Sequence record: PZ379074.1
Direction: 5' to 3' (one strand)
From: a phage
DNA length: 64,000 nucleotides
Position 1 is the first letter of the stretch; every line of letters starts with the position of its first letter. Positions 16,038-26,439 of the stretch are shown piece by piece. A program made the translations under genes and the position numbers. The notes under the pieces were generated by a model. The model did not search any database, was not told the origin of the DNA, and saw nothing but the letters and a program-made list of their open reading frames with translations.

Positions 16038-18401
16038 TTATTTCGCTGCTTTTAGCGCGGCTATTTCTGCCTCTAGTGACTCGACCTTTTTCATCAACTC
16101 CTGCACCACGTGCATCGTATCCAAAAGCATAGGTGTGGTGTCAAGTTGCTTTTGCTCAACTTCGACACCTTCACTTGGATAGAATTTAATCGTTTTGACA
16201 TACAACGGGTCAATAGTCTCTGCCTGTTGAGCAATAATCCCTCTTCTCACCCTTTCCTTTTCATCATTGTTGTAGATGAAAGTTACATACTCCAGCAATG
16301 AAAGGTTGCTCCATGCTTTTTCTACCGTTCCTGGTTGTATGTCATGCTTCAAATTCTCATCAGAGATGGCATTCTTCTGAAGAGTGAAGAAACTGTCAGA
16401 GCCTGGAACGGATACTGAAAAGAATACGTCCTCTACGTTAGGCTGGATTTGCATCTTTGTTTGATACTTTGCATCATCATCACCAGAAGCAATCCACGTA
16501 GCTTGCGCAAAACTTCCATTGTTGTTGTGAATCATGCCATGGTGAACAGTAGTTGCGTATCCTGTATTAACAGATTGACTACCACTGATAAGGCTGTTGA
16601 AGCCATAGTTCTGACCAAGACCCTGACGAACCATCGAGAAGGTGCCTGACTTTGATCCTGTTTCAGCCCACGACATTAACGTTCCGTACCGTGCCGCAAA
16701 TCGGTCAGACCATAATAGACCGTCATCAGTCAAGCTGATGTCTTTTTCTTTACCTGCAGTGACGTTTTTTACTGATAACTGGGTGGAATATGACCCACCC
16801 ATCGTTGCTGATGTGTAAACCGTTCCTTGCGCTTCGATGGCAGTTCCAATCTTGTATTCAACGCTTACTTTCCCTGATTCAACTCTCGTTCCGTCTATCG
16901 GTCTGGTGGCGTCACCGTTGATAACACTCCAAGACGTTTTCGCGGCAACAAATCCGCCCGATGCACGAATCACCCAAACGCCGATGAAGTTGCGCGGCAA
17001 AATGTTATCCGAAACGCCATATCTGCCATAAGTGCCATTCGAATAACTTGCCCTAAAGTTCAAGGTGTTTAAACGGCCTGGTGTTGCACCAGTACCGCCT
17101 GGTATCGTTTCACCAGCCCCTTGAGGGTATAAGTCATTGTTTGTGTAAAATGCGCCTCTTACGGCTGTACCGAAAATTTGCGCGTAAGTCCCTTGAGACA
17201 CGCCTGCCGCAGAACCTGCAATGTCTGGCGCAGCCGCTTCATAAATTGTCCCGTCATTGGAAGATGTTCCGCCATCACCTCGCCCAAAAAGCTCCTTGAT
17301 TGATCCTGTCTGAACACCGTTTCTGTCCGGCACACGGAATGTAGTTGTGCCATTACCCAAAGAATATTTACCACGCTTTTGGGCGTCAGCAAGCCAGTCA
17401 GCATCCGCAATAGGTGATAACATTTGCGCGTATGCCCAAAGTTCAGGCCAGTCAGCGCGATTCAGCAATTGTCCGTCTGCAACGACTTCATACGGTTGAA
17501 TATATGCACGACTGTCTCGCAAGTGGAAGTCGCCGACGCCATAGTTCATAACACCGTTCATGCTTGGGCCAACGGTGCCTGTGTTCACTAAGTTCTCAAC
17601 CCAACGCTTGGTTGCAGCATCATAATCGTTTACCGGATCACCAGCAAGCGGAGTCGACCCTTGTGGACGAATATTCAACCAAGCTTGAGCATTGTCTGCT
17701 GATCCTGTGCCGCCCATGGAAGTTGGGACGATGCTTTGATCAGCAACAGGGCCAAATCCAAATGCATCTTTCATTCCTTGAATGGTTGTCTGCCCCGTTC
17801 CGCCATTTACAATTGGAATCGTGCTTTGCGTACTATACATCTGCACCCAATCCGACCAGGATGATGAGCCAGCATTGTATAGCCTTTGGTATATGGCGTT
17901 GATCCAATAAGGCGTATATCTTTGGACGCAACTTTCTCCTGCGACGCCAGTCTTGTAGACTTCAAGAATGCCAGCTTGTGAAACTGGATAGTTCAAAGCC
18001 GATGATGCGCCAGCATTTGCTGATTGATGATATTGGCCAAACCATGAACCAGTCAAAGCATTGAGATTTATTCCGTTAGGAATCTCCCCAAAGTTTCGGA
18101 CGGTGCCCGTCAAAGTCGCGGCAGTAGTTCGAATGGAAAGCATATCGCCAGCCGCCCATGCACGCGCTGCAGTTCCTTCTTGTGCACGCTGCACGGTCAG
18201 AACGTTTCCAACCACGGCTGTTACTGTGACGATTTCGAATTGGAGGCCTGTTGCAGCGTCGACGATTGTCGCCACTACACGCTCGTTTGCGCCCAAGGTC
18301 GGAAAGCCCGACCCTGAGCGAATTGTGATGGTGGTGTCTGAAGTCGTGGTTGGCTGAGCCAGTGCGACCTCAAAGTTGTTTTTGAATATTAGCCTTGGCA
18401 T
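16038..18401 (-). CDS. tail fiber / tailspike with C-terminal intramolecular chaperone (peptidase S74-like) domain
   Basis: 787 aa, Gly/Ser/Thr/Asn-rich body; C-terminus has SDENLK (Ser...Lys, S74-like) and coiled-coil tail. Confidence 0.7.
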   Translation of the reverse strand: MPRLIFKNNFEVALAQPTTTSDTTITIRSGSGFPTLGANERVVATIVDAATGLQFEIVTVTAVVGNVLTVQRAQEGTAARAWAAGDMLSIRTTAATLTGTVRNFGEIPNGINLNALTGSWFGQYHQSANAGASSALNYPVSQAGILEVYKTGVAGESCVQRYTPYWINAIYQRLYNAGSSSWSDWVQMYSTQSTIPIVNGGTGQTTIQGMKDAFGFGPVADQSIVPTSMGGTGSADNAQAWLNIRPQGSTPLAGDPVNDYDAATKRWVENLVNTGTVGPSMNGVMNYGVGDFHLRDSRAYIQPYEVVADGQLLNRADWPELWAYAQMLSPIADADWLADAQKRGKYSLGNGTTTFRVPDRNGVQTGSIKELFGRGDGGTSSNDGTIYEAAAPDIAGSAAGVSQGTYAQIFGTAVRGAFYTNNDLYPQGAGETIPGGTGATPGRLNTLNFRASYSNGTYGRYGVSDNILPRNFIGVWVIRASGGFVAAKTSWSVINGDATRPIDGTRVESGKVSVEYKIGTAIEAQGTVYTSATMGGSYSTQLSVKNVTAGKEKDISLTDDGLLWSDRFAARYGTLMSWAETGSKSGTFSMVRQGLGQNYGFNSLISGSQSVNTGYATTVHHGMIHNNNGSFAQATWIASGDDDAKYQTKMQIQPNVEDVFFSVSVPGSDSFFTLQKNAISDENLKHDIQPGTVEKAWSNLSLLEYVTFIYNNDEKERVRRGIIAQQAETIDPLYVKTIKFYPSEGVEVEQKQLDTTPMLLDTMHVVQELMKKVESLEAEIAALKAAK

Positions 18402-18439
18402 TTTACGGTCCTCGTTTTGTCGACAACCGTATTATAACC

Positions 18440-18781
18440 TTAATTTCTTTTGAGAGGAATATGACGGTTGCTGTCATTATTTGGTTTAATAATGAGCATA
18501 AAAACGATTAGAAAGATGATGGCTGATATACTTAATTCAATCAGCGCGGCTTGAGATATGGATTGATCTTCATGATACTGCTTTTGCATTTCTGCTTTCT
18601 TCTGAGCGCAAACTTCAGGTGATATATAATCGCCTTTTGAGTTTCCATAATAAATCTCGCCATTCTCAGAAATAAGTCTGCCGCAAATATCAGTATCGGC
18701 CTTTGCGCTTGACATCATAATAACGGTGCCGATGATAGCAGCGATAGTCCAGATTAACAGTTGTGATAAAGTGTTGTTCAT
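18440..18781 (-). CDS. small membrane protein (113 aa): N-terminal signal/anchor plus C-terminal TM
   Basis: Start set at internal ATG (MNNTLSQLLIWTIAAIIGTVIMM...); C-terminal hydrophobic segment. Confidence 0.45.
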   Translation of the reverse strand: MNNTLSQLLIWTIAAIIGTVIMMSSAKADTDICGRLISENGEIYYGNSKGDYISPEVCAQKKAEMQKQYHEDQSISQAALIELSISAIIFLIVFMLIIKPNNDSNRHIPLKRN

Positions 18782-18977
18782 GATAACCTCTTTAAATTCC
18801 CTTCCCATTTCGGGAAGGGCGATAATTATTTTACGCGAAAGAATAGGCGCGTGCCACACAGCGAGTCCCAACGGCCTTCGCCATCCCATACCGACCCAAC
18901 GCCAGCGGTGATGACACCAGCAGAATTGGCGGCATTGGCCCAGGCAAGACGTTTCAACTTCCAACTGCACCAACGAT

Positions 18978-19229
18978 TCACAGTTCGTCTCCAGATTGCA
19001 AAATCAGACCTGTATAGAGGATTGCCAGAGCTAAAGGCGCACCGCTGCCAGCCTCTCTATTCTCTTTAATTTGAAGCGTGTCCTTAAGGAATTGCAATTG
19101 AACGTTAAATTCATTTTCAATCCCAAGCACCACGGCCAATTCTTTTACAGAATCTGCATATGCCTTATCTAGCACTTCTTTTGGTACTTTTAAAGTTAAT
19201 TCACTTCCCATTTTCTTTCCACTCCACAA
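18978..19229 (-). CDS. hypothetical protein (83 aa)
   Basis: ORF in minus-strand block. Confidence 0.4.
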   Translation of the reverse strand: MWSGKKMGSELTLKVPKEVLDKAYADSVKELAVVLGIENEFNVQLQFLKDTLQIKENREAGSGAPLALAILYTGLILQSGDEL

Positions 19230-19422
19230 ATGTGCTGCCGCTTGTTTCTCTGTTTAGCAGGTATCTGCCGCGCATTCCATGAAGGCTGAATTCAACCGTC
19301 GATGGATTAGATTTTGAAAGCCACATCGCTTGACCGTCGAATGGACCGCCTACGCATGTATATTTCGCTTTTGGCTCACTCCTTTTGGGACGTTTTGCCC
19401 GCTCTTTGATTGATAGTCTCAT
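19201..19422 (-). CDS. hypothetical basic protein (73 aa)
   Basis: ORF in minus-strand block. Confidence 0.4.
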   Translation of the reverse strand: MRLSIKERAKRPKRSEPKAKYTCVGGPFDGQAMWLSKSNPSTVEFSLHGMRGRYLLNRETSGSTFVEWKENGK

Positions 19423-19637
19423 CAGTCTTCACCTTGAGATTCCAGACAAGTAAGGACAAGCCACGTCATCGGAAGAATCAAAACCAGAGAAATGAGGGAC
19501 CAGATAGACCAGCACAAGATGACAGACTTGAATGTGTGAACGTCGCCAAACGCAGCAGTAAAACAGAATCCCATTACAAATGCAATAGCCGTGGAATGGT
19601 TGTCTATGGCTTTGATGGCGCGGTCGATGAGTTTCAT
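19422..19637 (-). CDS. small two-TM membrane protein (71 aa); holin-like topology
   Basis: Two hydrophobic segments and charged C-terminus (ESQGED); first gene of leftward block. Confidence 0.4.
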   Translation of the reverse strand: MKLIDRAIKAIDNHSTAIAFVMGFCFTAAFGDVHTFKSVILCWSIWSLISLVLILPMTWLVLTCLESQGED

Positions 19638-19719
19638 ATTACCTCCGGTTTTGAGTTAATATGATTATAACGCAGACTTTCAGAAAGGCAAACTTTTTGT
19701 GAATTTTAATCAAAAAAAT

Positions 19720-19738
19720 GGCCAGAAAAAATCTGGCC
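19720..19738. other. GC hairpin between A/T runs in divergent intergenic region
   Basis: GGCCAG-aaaaaat-CTGGCC flanked by A-runs; on minus strand it reads as hairpin plus T-tract. Confidence 0.35.
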
Positions 19739-19815
19739 GAAAAGATCACCCTTTATCCACTACTAAGCTGGAATCATAATTTTACTTGATATAGCTGTCG
19801 CAAGCAAACTATAAT

Positions 19816-21276
19816 ATGAATAAAATATTAACACATAATTGGAAAGTCATGTACCAGTTGAATCCTGCTTTAAGAGAAGTCTGGAAGACGAAGGCGCGAT
19901 ACAAAGTTATATACGGCGGTCGTGCATCTTCCAAATCGCATGATGCCGCTGGTTTTGCTATTTATTTGGCGGCAAACTTTAAATTAAAATTCCTTTGCGT
20001 TCGACAATTCCAGAACAAGATTTCTGAATCAGTATATACGCTATTAAAAGACAAAATAGAAATTTCTGATTTCAAAGACGAGTTCAACTTATTAAAGAAC
20101 TCTATTGAACACAAAAGAACAAAATCTGAATTTTTATTTTACGGTATCGCACGCAACGTTGACGAAATCAAATCAACAGAAGGTGTTGATGTTCTTTGGC
20201 TTGAAGAAGCGCATGCACTGACTGAAGAGCAATGGGACATTATTGAGCCGACAATTCGTAAGGAAGGGTCCGAAATATGGATCATATTTAACCCTGATGA
20301 AGAGGCTGATTTCGTCTACCAGAACTTTGTCATGCGACCGCCGAAAAATGCCATCGTTAAGAAGATTAACTGGCAGGACAATCCATTCTTGTCGCAAACA
20401 ATGCTGGATGTTATCGCTGGCATGTATGAGCGCGACCCGAAAAAGGCAGAACACGTTTATGGCGGAGTGCCGAAGACAGGCGGCGATAAGTCGGTCATCA
20501 ACCGTGCATTCGTCAAAGCCGCGCTAAACCTCCACAAACACCCTACGCTGGGATGGAGCTTGTCAGGGTCTAACCGTATAGGCTTCGACGTGGCGGACGA
20601 CGGCGACGACTTAAACGCCACAGCATTTGTCACAGGCAACGTATTACGTGGCATCAAGACATGGGAAGGTCTGGAAGATGAATTGCTTAAGTCCGCAAGC
20701 GGAGTTTGGAAAGACGCATTGACATTCGGCGCGTCAATTACCTATGACGCCATCGGTGTCGGTGCATTTGCTGGTTCAAAATTTGATGAGCTCAATGAGT
20801 ATGCAATACATGAAAATCCAACATTCCCAAGAATCGAATTTAATGCGTTCAACGCGCAAGGTGCTGTTGATGATCCTGATGACGTTTTCCTTGAGTTACC
20901 ACACGTTGAAATACTCAATAAAGACCATTTCGCAAACATAAAAGCGCAAAAATGGACTGAGATTGCCGAACGATTCAGAAAGACATATGAGTATGCGACA
21001 GGGCAAGCCGCATATCCGACCGATGAGTTGATTTCCATCGACACAGACGGCATTCCAGAACTTGGGATTCCTGCTTGGTCTGCGGAAGAAATTGAGACGT
21101 TTCTTTTTGAGATGTCAGCGCCGCGCAAAGACACGTCTGTTCTTGGTAAGTTCAAAGTTGAATCGAAAAAGGATATGGCAAAGCGTGGAGTTAAATCGCC
21201 TAACAAAGCGGACGCCGCAATCATGGCATTGATGAAACCAATTGTTGCAGCATCCGGCTTCTTCTCTAACCTTTAA
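19816..21276 (+). CDS. terL: terminase large subunit
   Basis: 486 aa; N-terminal ATPase region (GGRASSKSHDAAG; VLWLEEAH); first gene of head module, followed by portal. Confidence 0.75.
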   Translation: MNKILTHNWKVMYQLNPALREVWKTKARYKVIYGGRASSKSHDAAGFAIYLAANFKLKFLCVRQFQNKISESVYTLLKDKIEISDFKDEFNLLKNSIEHKRTKSEFLFYGIARNVDEIKSTEGVDVLWLEEAHALTEEQWDIIEPTIRKEGSEIWIIFNPDEEADFVYQNFVMRPPKNAIVKKINWQDNPFLSQTMLDVIAGMYERDPKKAEHVYGGVPKTGGDKSVINRAFVKAALNLHKHPTLGWSLSGSNRIGFDVADDGDDLNATAFVTGNVLRGIKTWEGLEDELLKSASGVWKDALTFGASITYDAIGVGAFAGSKFDELNEYAIHENPTFPRIEFNAFNAQGAVDDPDDVFLELPHVEILNKDHFANIKAQKWTEIAERFRKTYEYATGQAAYPTDELISIDTDGIPELGIPAWSAEEIETFLFEMSAPRKDTSVLGKFKVESKKDMAKRGVKSPNKADAAIMALMKPIVAASGFFSNL

Positions 21277-21279
21277 CAA

Positions 21280-21519
21280 CTAAAGCATTCCGTGCTGAAG
21301 GTCGAGTTTTCTTGCGGCAAACGACCTGGCACGGAATCGCTTACCCGCCCTTACTGCCTGTCGAATCTTCTTTTGCAAACACTTACGATCAAAATCGTTG
21401 CGGTCGACGGCTTCGAGTAAATCACGACGCAGTGCACCCAGTGTCGACTTTTCGGAGACTTCAACACCCAGCGCGGCTGCAACATCTTTCAAAACATCGA
21501 GTTCGGTTAAAGTTCTCAT
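21280..21519 (-). CDS. hypothetical basic protein (79 aa), opposite strand inside head module
   Basis: Start overlaps stop of 21516..21932. Confidence 0.45.
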   Translation of the reverse strand: MRTLTELDVLKDVAAALGVEVSEKSTLGALRRDLLEAVDRNDFDRKCLQKKIRQAVRAGKRFRARSFAARKLDLQHGML

Positions 21520-21932
21520 TTGATAATCCCTTTGATGTCTGATTCTGCCATAAATATTGGAGTGCCGCCGCCAGGAACAATCGAGCGAGTAACTTTGTCA
21601 AACATATCGTTTTCTTCAACTTGAATACGATAAAATTTATTTTTGGATGAAGATGGGCACAATCCCATAAATTTGCCGATTCCGCGAACGCATTCATCTT
21701 CAAAGTATACTGTTTCACCTTGAATGGAGTCGATATTGTCTACTGGATAGACTTTGCGACCCAACAACCACTCATCCAAAGTCGCCTGCAAGACATTTCG
21801 CGCATCTAAAATCCACGGGTCAATAGTCGCACCTTCGTATCGCGCAGCAGTGGCCTTTGCCAGTTCTTCATATTCGCATACGTTAACGACTTCGCCGTTG
21901 TGTAGGACGACAAATACAATTGTTGTGCTCAT
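21516..21932 (-). CDS. hypothetical protein (138 aa), opposite strand inside head module
   Basis: Minus-strand ORF between terminase and portal with its own AT-rich upstream region. Confidence 0.5.
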   Translation of the reverse strand: MSTTIVFVVLHNGEVVNVCEYEELAKATAARYEGATIDPWILDARNVLQATLDEWLLGRKVYPVDNIDSIQGETVYFEDECVRGIGKFMGLCPSSSKNKFYRIQVEENDMFDKVTRSIVPGGGTPIFMAESDIKGIIK

Positions 21933-22094
21933 TTCAATCTCCTTTCGTTTGGTTAACTAAAATATAACTCAAAATGATACAAAAGCAAAATATTTTATGA
22001 ACTATTTATGATCACCATACATATCATTTGCTTACAAACACATGAATATTTATAATATAGATTGATTCCCTTTCACTGTCAGGTGGCGTTAACA

Positions 22095-24470
22095 ATGAAA
22101 ATTCTTGGCATAAAACTCTGGGAGAAGACGCAACCAGAAGCCGAACCAGCGGAGATGCCGCCAGGCGACCCATTGGCACCGTTTGAACGCCTTGAAAGGC
22201 GCGGCAGCGGTCAACGCTGGGAAAAGACTGAAAGCAATCGACCGACCTTTAAAACGGTTGATGACTTCCCTTTATATGAGCCTGATATTAATGGCGATGG
22301 TGTTGCAATCATAAAAGGTCGTTCAGTCGATTCCGCAACAGTATCCAAAAAGGTTATGGATAATGCCTTAAAGAACATCAGTTCAGAAGGGCAAGTCAAC
22401 CCATACACAGTACCTATTCAACTTCAAAACTGGTATTTGTCACAGTCATTCATCGGCTATCAAGCTTGTGCCATCATCGCACAGCATTGGCTGGTGAACA
22501 AGGCGTGTTCCATGGTAGGTCGCGATGCGGTCCGTAAAGGTTGGGAAGTCAAATCCAGTTCTGAGTCAGAATTGTCAGTACAGGCAAGCGAACGCCTAAA
22601 GCAAATTGATAAAGAATTTAATATCAAAGAGCACTTAGTTGAAGCCGAACGATTCAAAAATATTTTTGGTATCCGCGTCATCATATTTGATGTGCGTAGC
22701 GATGACCCAGAATATTACAGCAAGCCTTTTAACATTGATGGTGTGACAAAGGGGTCTTATAAGGGAATCATTCAGGTTGACCCTTATTGGATGATGCCGT
22801 TTCTGACGTCTGAAAACACAGCAGACCCTGCATCACAGCACTTCTATGACCCAGAATATTGGGTAATCAGCGGACAACGTTATCATCGCAGCCACCTCAT
22901 AATCTTGCGCAACGATGAGCCAGCTGATATTCTCAAGCCGACTTATATTTACGGCGGCATTCCTCTGACTCAGCAGATTTATGAACGCATCTATGCCGCT
23001 GAACGTACCGCTAACGAAGCGCCATTGCTGGCGATGTCCAAGCGTACAACCACGCTGCGGACCGACGTTGACAAGGCGATTGCCAATGAGCGGTCTTTTG
23101 CAGAACGTCTGATGATGTGGATCAAGTACCGCGACAACTATGCAGTTAAAGTGCTTGGCCAAAAAGAAGAGATGGACCAGTTTGACATCAACTTGTCAGA
23201 CTTCGACAGCATCATCATGAACCAGTACCAGCTTGTGGCCGCAATCGCAAAAGTTCCGTCGACCAAACTGCTTGGGACTTCGCCAAAAGGCTTTAACGCC
23301 ACTGGTGAATTCGAGATGGTCAGCTATCACGAAGAGTTGGAAACGTGCCAGCAGCATGACCTGACAAAAATTCTCGACCGCCATTACAAAATCCTTCTCA
23401 AATCAGAAGGGGTGGATGTCGATGTTAAGGTTGCATGGGAACCAGTTGGCTCACTTACTGCTACTCAACTTGCAGAAATCAATGATAAGCGAGCCAACAC
23501 TGGCAAAACTCTTATTGATGCTGGCGTCATTTCTCCTGATGAAGAGCGCGACCGCATCAAAGACGACAAAAACAGCGGCTACAACCGTCTGCCGGAAGAC
23601 GCAGCAGAAGAAACCCCAGGGATGTCTCCAGAGAATATGGCATTGCTTGGCAAGTCTGCTGGTGAAGTCCTGCAAGGTAAGGCCGATATTGAACAGGCGA
23701 AAGCTGATGTCGTTAAGATGGGCGGCCAGTTCTACAGTGAAACAGGCATTATGCCAGAGGGTGCCGCGCGTGGTGAGTTGGCGGAAAACCCTGACAAAGC
23801 GCCTGTCGAAATCAACATGGACGATACCGATGATGAATCAAGCCATCAGGTTGGTGTCCTAACGCAGTTGAAAGAAGGGCTGGAGGGTATTGCGGATTAC
23901 TACCTGAAAGAAGGTCAGGATGTGGATTTTGACCCTCAAAAAGATTCACGGTCGGTGCAACCGTCTACCCTTCCAAGCGTTAAAGGACACGTCGTCAACT
24001 TACGCCACAACGTGGGTAAAATGGACGCAGCATCATTACCTAAGATGAAGTTGCACGGAATGATTCTTGGCATTGAGAATCCGCGAAACAGCATTCGTAG
24101 AGGAAACAGCCTTGACGGTGAATGGGCCGTGAAGATGCCGCACCACTACGGATTCATCAAGGGCACCAAGGGCGCAGACGGTGATGAAGTCGACTGCTTT
24201 GTGGGTCCAAATCTGAAGTCGCCGAAAGTCTTTATCGTGAACCAAAACGATAACTACTCTGGCGAGTTTGATGAACACAAGTGTATGCTTGGATTCGATT
24301 CAGCAGAAGAAGCGAAAGAAGCTTATCAAGCATCATTTGGTAACGGTTGGAACGGATTCGACTCAATCCACGAATTAGATGTGAACTCATTCAAGGAGTG
24401 GTTGAAGGGTGATTGCTCTCAAGCATACGGAGCACTCAATAATCCTACTAATTCACCGAAGCAAGGTTGA
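22095..24470 (+). CDS. portal protein (long form with C-terminal extension)
   Basis: About 790 aa; position right after terL and before MuF-like gene; start set at ATG 22095 with GGTGG RBS. Confidence 0.6.
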   Translation: MKILGIKLWEKTQPEAEPAEMPPGDPLAPFERLERRGSGQRWEKTESNRPTFKTVDDFPLYEPDINGDGVAIIKGRSVDSATVSKKVMDNALKNISSEGQVNPYTVPIQLQNWYLSQSFIGYQACAIIAQHWLVNKACSMVGRDAVRKGWEVKSSSESELSVQASERLKQIDKEFNIKEHLVEAERFKNIFGIRVIIFDVRSDDPEYYSKPFNIDGVTKGSYKGIIQVDPYWMMPFLTSENTADPASQHFYDPEYWVISGQRYHRSHLIILRNDEPADILKPTYIYGGIPLTQQIYERIYAAERTANEAPLLAMSKRTTTLRTDVDKAIANERSFAERLMMWIKYRDNYAVKVLGQKEEMDQFDINLSDFDSIIMNQYQLVAAIAKVPSTKLLGTSPKGFNATGEFEMVSYHEELETCQQHDLTKILDRHYKILLKSEGVDVDVKVAWEPVGSLTATQLAEINDKRANTGKTLIDAGVISPDEERDRIKDDKNSGYNRLPEDAAEETPGMSPENMALLGKSAGEVLQGKADIEQAKADVVKMGGQFYSETGIMPEGAARGELAENPDKAPVEINMDDTDDESSHQVGVLTQLKEGLEGIADYYLKEGQDVDFDPQKDSRSVQPSTLPSVKGHVVNLRHNVGKMDAASLPKMKLHGMILGIENPRNSIRRGNSLDGEWAVKMPHHYGFIKGTKGADGDEVDCFVGPNLKSPKVFIVNQNDNYSGEFDEHKCMLGFDSAEEAKEAYQASFGNGWNGFDSIHELDVNSFKEWLKGDCSQAYGALNNPTNSPKQG

Positions 24471-25323
24471 TATGGCTTTTAAAGCTTCGAAAAAACGTGA
24501 ACGCCGCTCGCCCGATAGAGTCGGGCGCGGCAGTCCGATAATCCCATCAAACGCTATTGCAATGGCCTACCGTCGTGAGATGAAAGGTCTTTGCTATGCG
24601 ATGATTGATGACTATCAGGCAGGAATTTCAGAGTGGCTTGAAAAGAAGCAGGTGCAGAAGTTCTTTGCGCAAGACTCTGCTGATTCAACATTCCAAACTC
24701 TTATGAAACGTCTGCAGCTGAAATGGGCAAAGGCGTTTGCTCGTGTTGGGTCGAAGATTGCCGCTGATTTTATCAAGTCGGTTGAAAAGGGTGCTACTTC
24801 TGCTACATTCGCCAGCCTTAAGTCCGCAGGCATAGAAGCGCCAAAGGCCACATACAACAAATTCGTTGAGAACACTCTTAGAACAAGCGAGACGTTTAAC
24901 ACGACTCTAGTGACTAAGGTCGGCGAGGATATTCACAACAGAGTGTACGAAGCAGTCATGCTTTCGCTGACTTCGCCCGACCCAGCCCAGCAAGGCACGT
25001 CAGGCATTCAGGCGGCGCTGCGAAACGTAAAACACTTCTCTGCAAAGAGAGTCGACTTAATCGCTAAAGACCAGACAAGCAAATTGTATTGCGTTCTAAG
25101 CGATGAAAGGATGCGCCAGAATGGAGTTGAAGAATTTGAATGGGCGCACTCAGGAGCAGGAAAGGAGCCGCGAATCTCTCATGAACATGTCGACGGAATG
25201 AGATTCAAACTTGATGACAAGCGTCTATGGGAAGTGGGCGGAGAGTTGAAGTTCAAAAAGGGTGACATCGGTCCTCCTGGATGGGCGATACACTGCAAGT
25301 GCAGAAAAATACCAATCATTTGA
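24471..25323 (+). CDS. head morphogenesis protein, Mu F-like (minor head protein)
   Basis: Position after portal; C-terminal HEHVDG...CKC motif typical of Mu F/SPP1 gp7-type proteins; start set at ATG 24471. Confidence 0.55.
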
Positions 25324-25330
25324 GGTCATT

Positions 25331-26251
25331 ATGACGATACCAATCAGCACGTTTCCTCTATCTGGACAAACGCCAGTATTGCCTGCTGTATATGCTAACG
25401 GTTTGGCGATTGTTTCGGAATTCACATCCGATAAAAACCTGATTGTTCCATTGAGTCCGCCATTGGCGTCTGGATACAATTCAGTTGGCCAGTTCTTTAT
25501 GATCGGTAATGATGGCGATTCTACCAGCAAGCCGAATCTGACACTTTCAGTTCCCAAAATGAACATAACAGACGTGCAGACTGGTTTAACTGCATCTACG
25601 ATCACCATCGCTTTTGGAGAAGCAGTGATTATAGGCATGGAGTCTGGAGGGTCCAAGAATGCTGTCGCCGTTAAGGTAGTCAAATCCAGCAGCAACCAAT
25701 ACACACTACCAGCGGCAACGGCTTCTGTTCTTGGCGGCGTCAAAATAGGAAGTGGCATAAGCGTTGCAGGTGACGGTACAATTAGTGTGACTCAATACTC
25801 ATTACCGATTGCATCAGCATCAACCTTGGGTGGCATAAAGGTAGGAACGACACTATCAATTGATGGTTCTGGCGTCCTTAATGCTGCTGCAAGCACTGTG
25901 CAGAACGCAAGCAACAGCGTAAGCAATCCTCCGACAACTCTGGTGAATCTGGCAGCCTTAAACCTGCCTGCAGGGAAATGGCTTGTGACAGCAAGTCAGT
26001 TGACTGTCGCGACAGCAGGAGTTCAAGCGAATACCGGAATTACAGTCAAACTGTCAACAAGTAATTCAGATATTACGGATGATGCATTTACAATGTCAGC
26101 TGGCATTCGGGCTGCAGGTCGTTTCGGCGGCAATATCCCAACAAAGATAATTACTCTTGCCGCGCCTGGCAACGTGTATCTAAACTATCAATGCACAGAC
26201 GCATTGACATCTACCGTTTACGGACAGATCACCGCAATTAAGTTGAACTAA
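25331..26251 (+). CDS. fiber-like repeat protein (306 aa)
   Basis: Internal tandem repeats ASVLGGVKIGSGISVAGDGTISV / ASTLGGIKVGTTLSIDGSGVLNA; Ser/Thr/Gly/Ala-rich. Confidence 0.5.
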   Translation: MTIPISTFPLSGQTPVLPAVYANGLAIVSEFTSDKNLIVPLSPPLASGYNSVGQFFMIGNDGDSTSKPNLTLSVPKMNITDVQTGLTASTITIAFGEAVIIGMESGGSKNAVAVKVVKSSSNQYTLPAATASVLGGVKIGSGISVAGDGTISVTQYSLPIASASTLGGIKVGTTLSIDGSGVLNAAASTVQNASNSVSNPPTTLVNLAALNLPAGKWLVTASQLTVATAGVQANTGITVKLSTSNSDITDDAFTMSAGIRAAGRFGGNIPTKIITLAAPGNVYLNYQCTDALTSTVYGQITAIKLN

Positions 26252-26261
26252 AGAGGAAGTT

Positions 26262-26399
26262 ATGCAAAAGATTATTCAGTCACGTTACGTTAAAGTGCGA
26301 AATATTAATTGCAACTCTTTGCTTTCTTGGAAATGGGCTGTTTACGACTCGATGCTGATTGGCGTTTTAGTTGCTGGAGTGCTTTTTAATATTCACTGA
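26262..26399 (+). CDS. small membrane protein (45 aa)
   Basis: Not in track; AAGAGGAAG RBS 4 nt upstream of ATG; C-terminal hydrophobic segment. Confidence 0.4.
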   Translation: MQKIIQSRYVKVRNINCNSLLSWKWAVYDSMLIGVLVAGVLFNIH

Positions 26400-26439
26400 A
26401 TCGCCTGGCAATGGATTGCCGCAGGATTTTACGCGTATA

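Noticed and set aside
19720-19738. Hairpin called as a functional terminator
   Set aside because: It sits at the 5' side of the leftward operon in a divergent promoter region, so termination there is not obviously meaningful; kept only as a structural element or possible operator.
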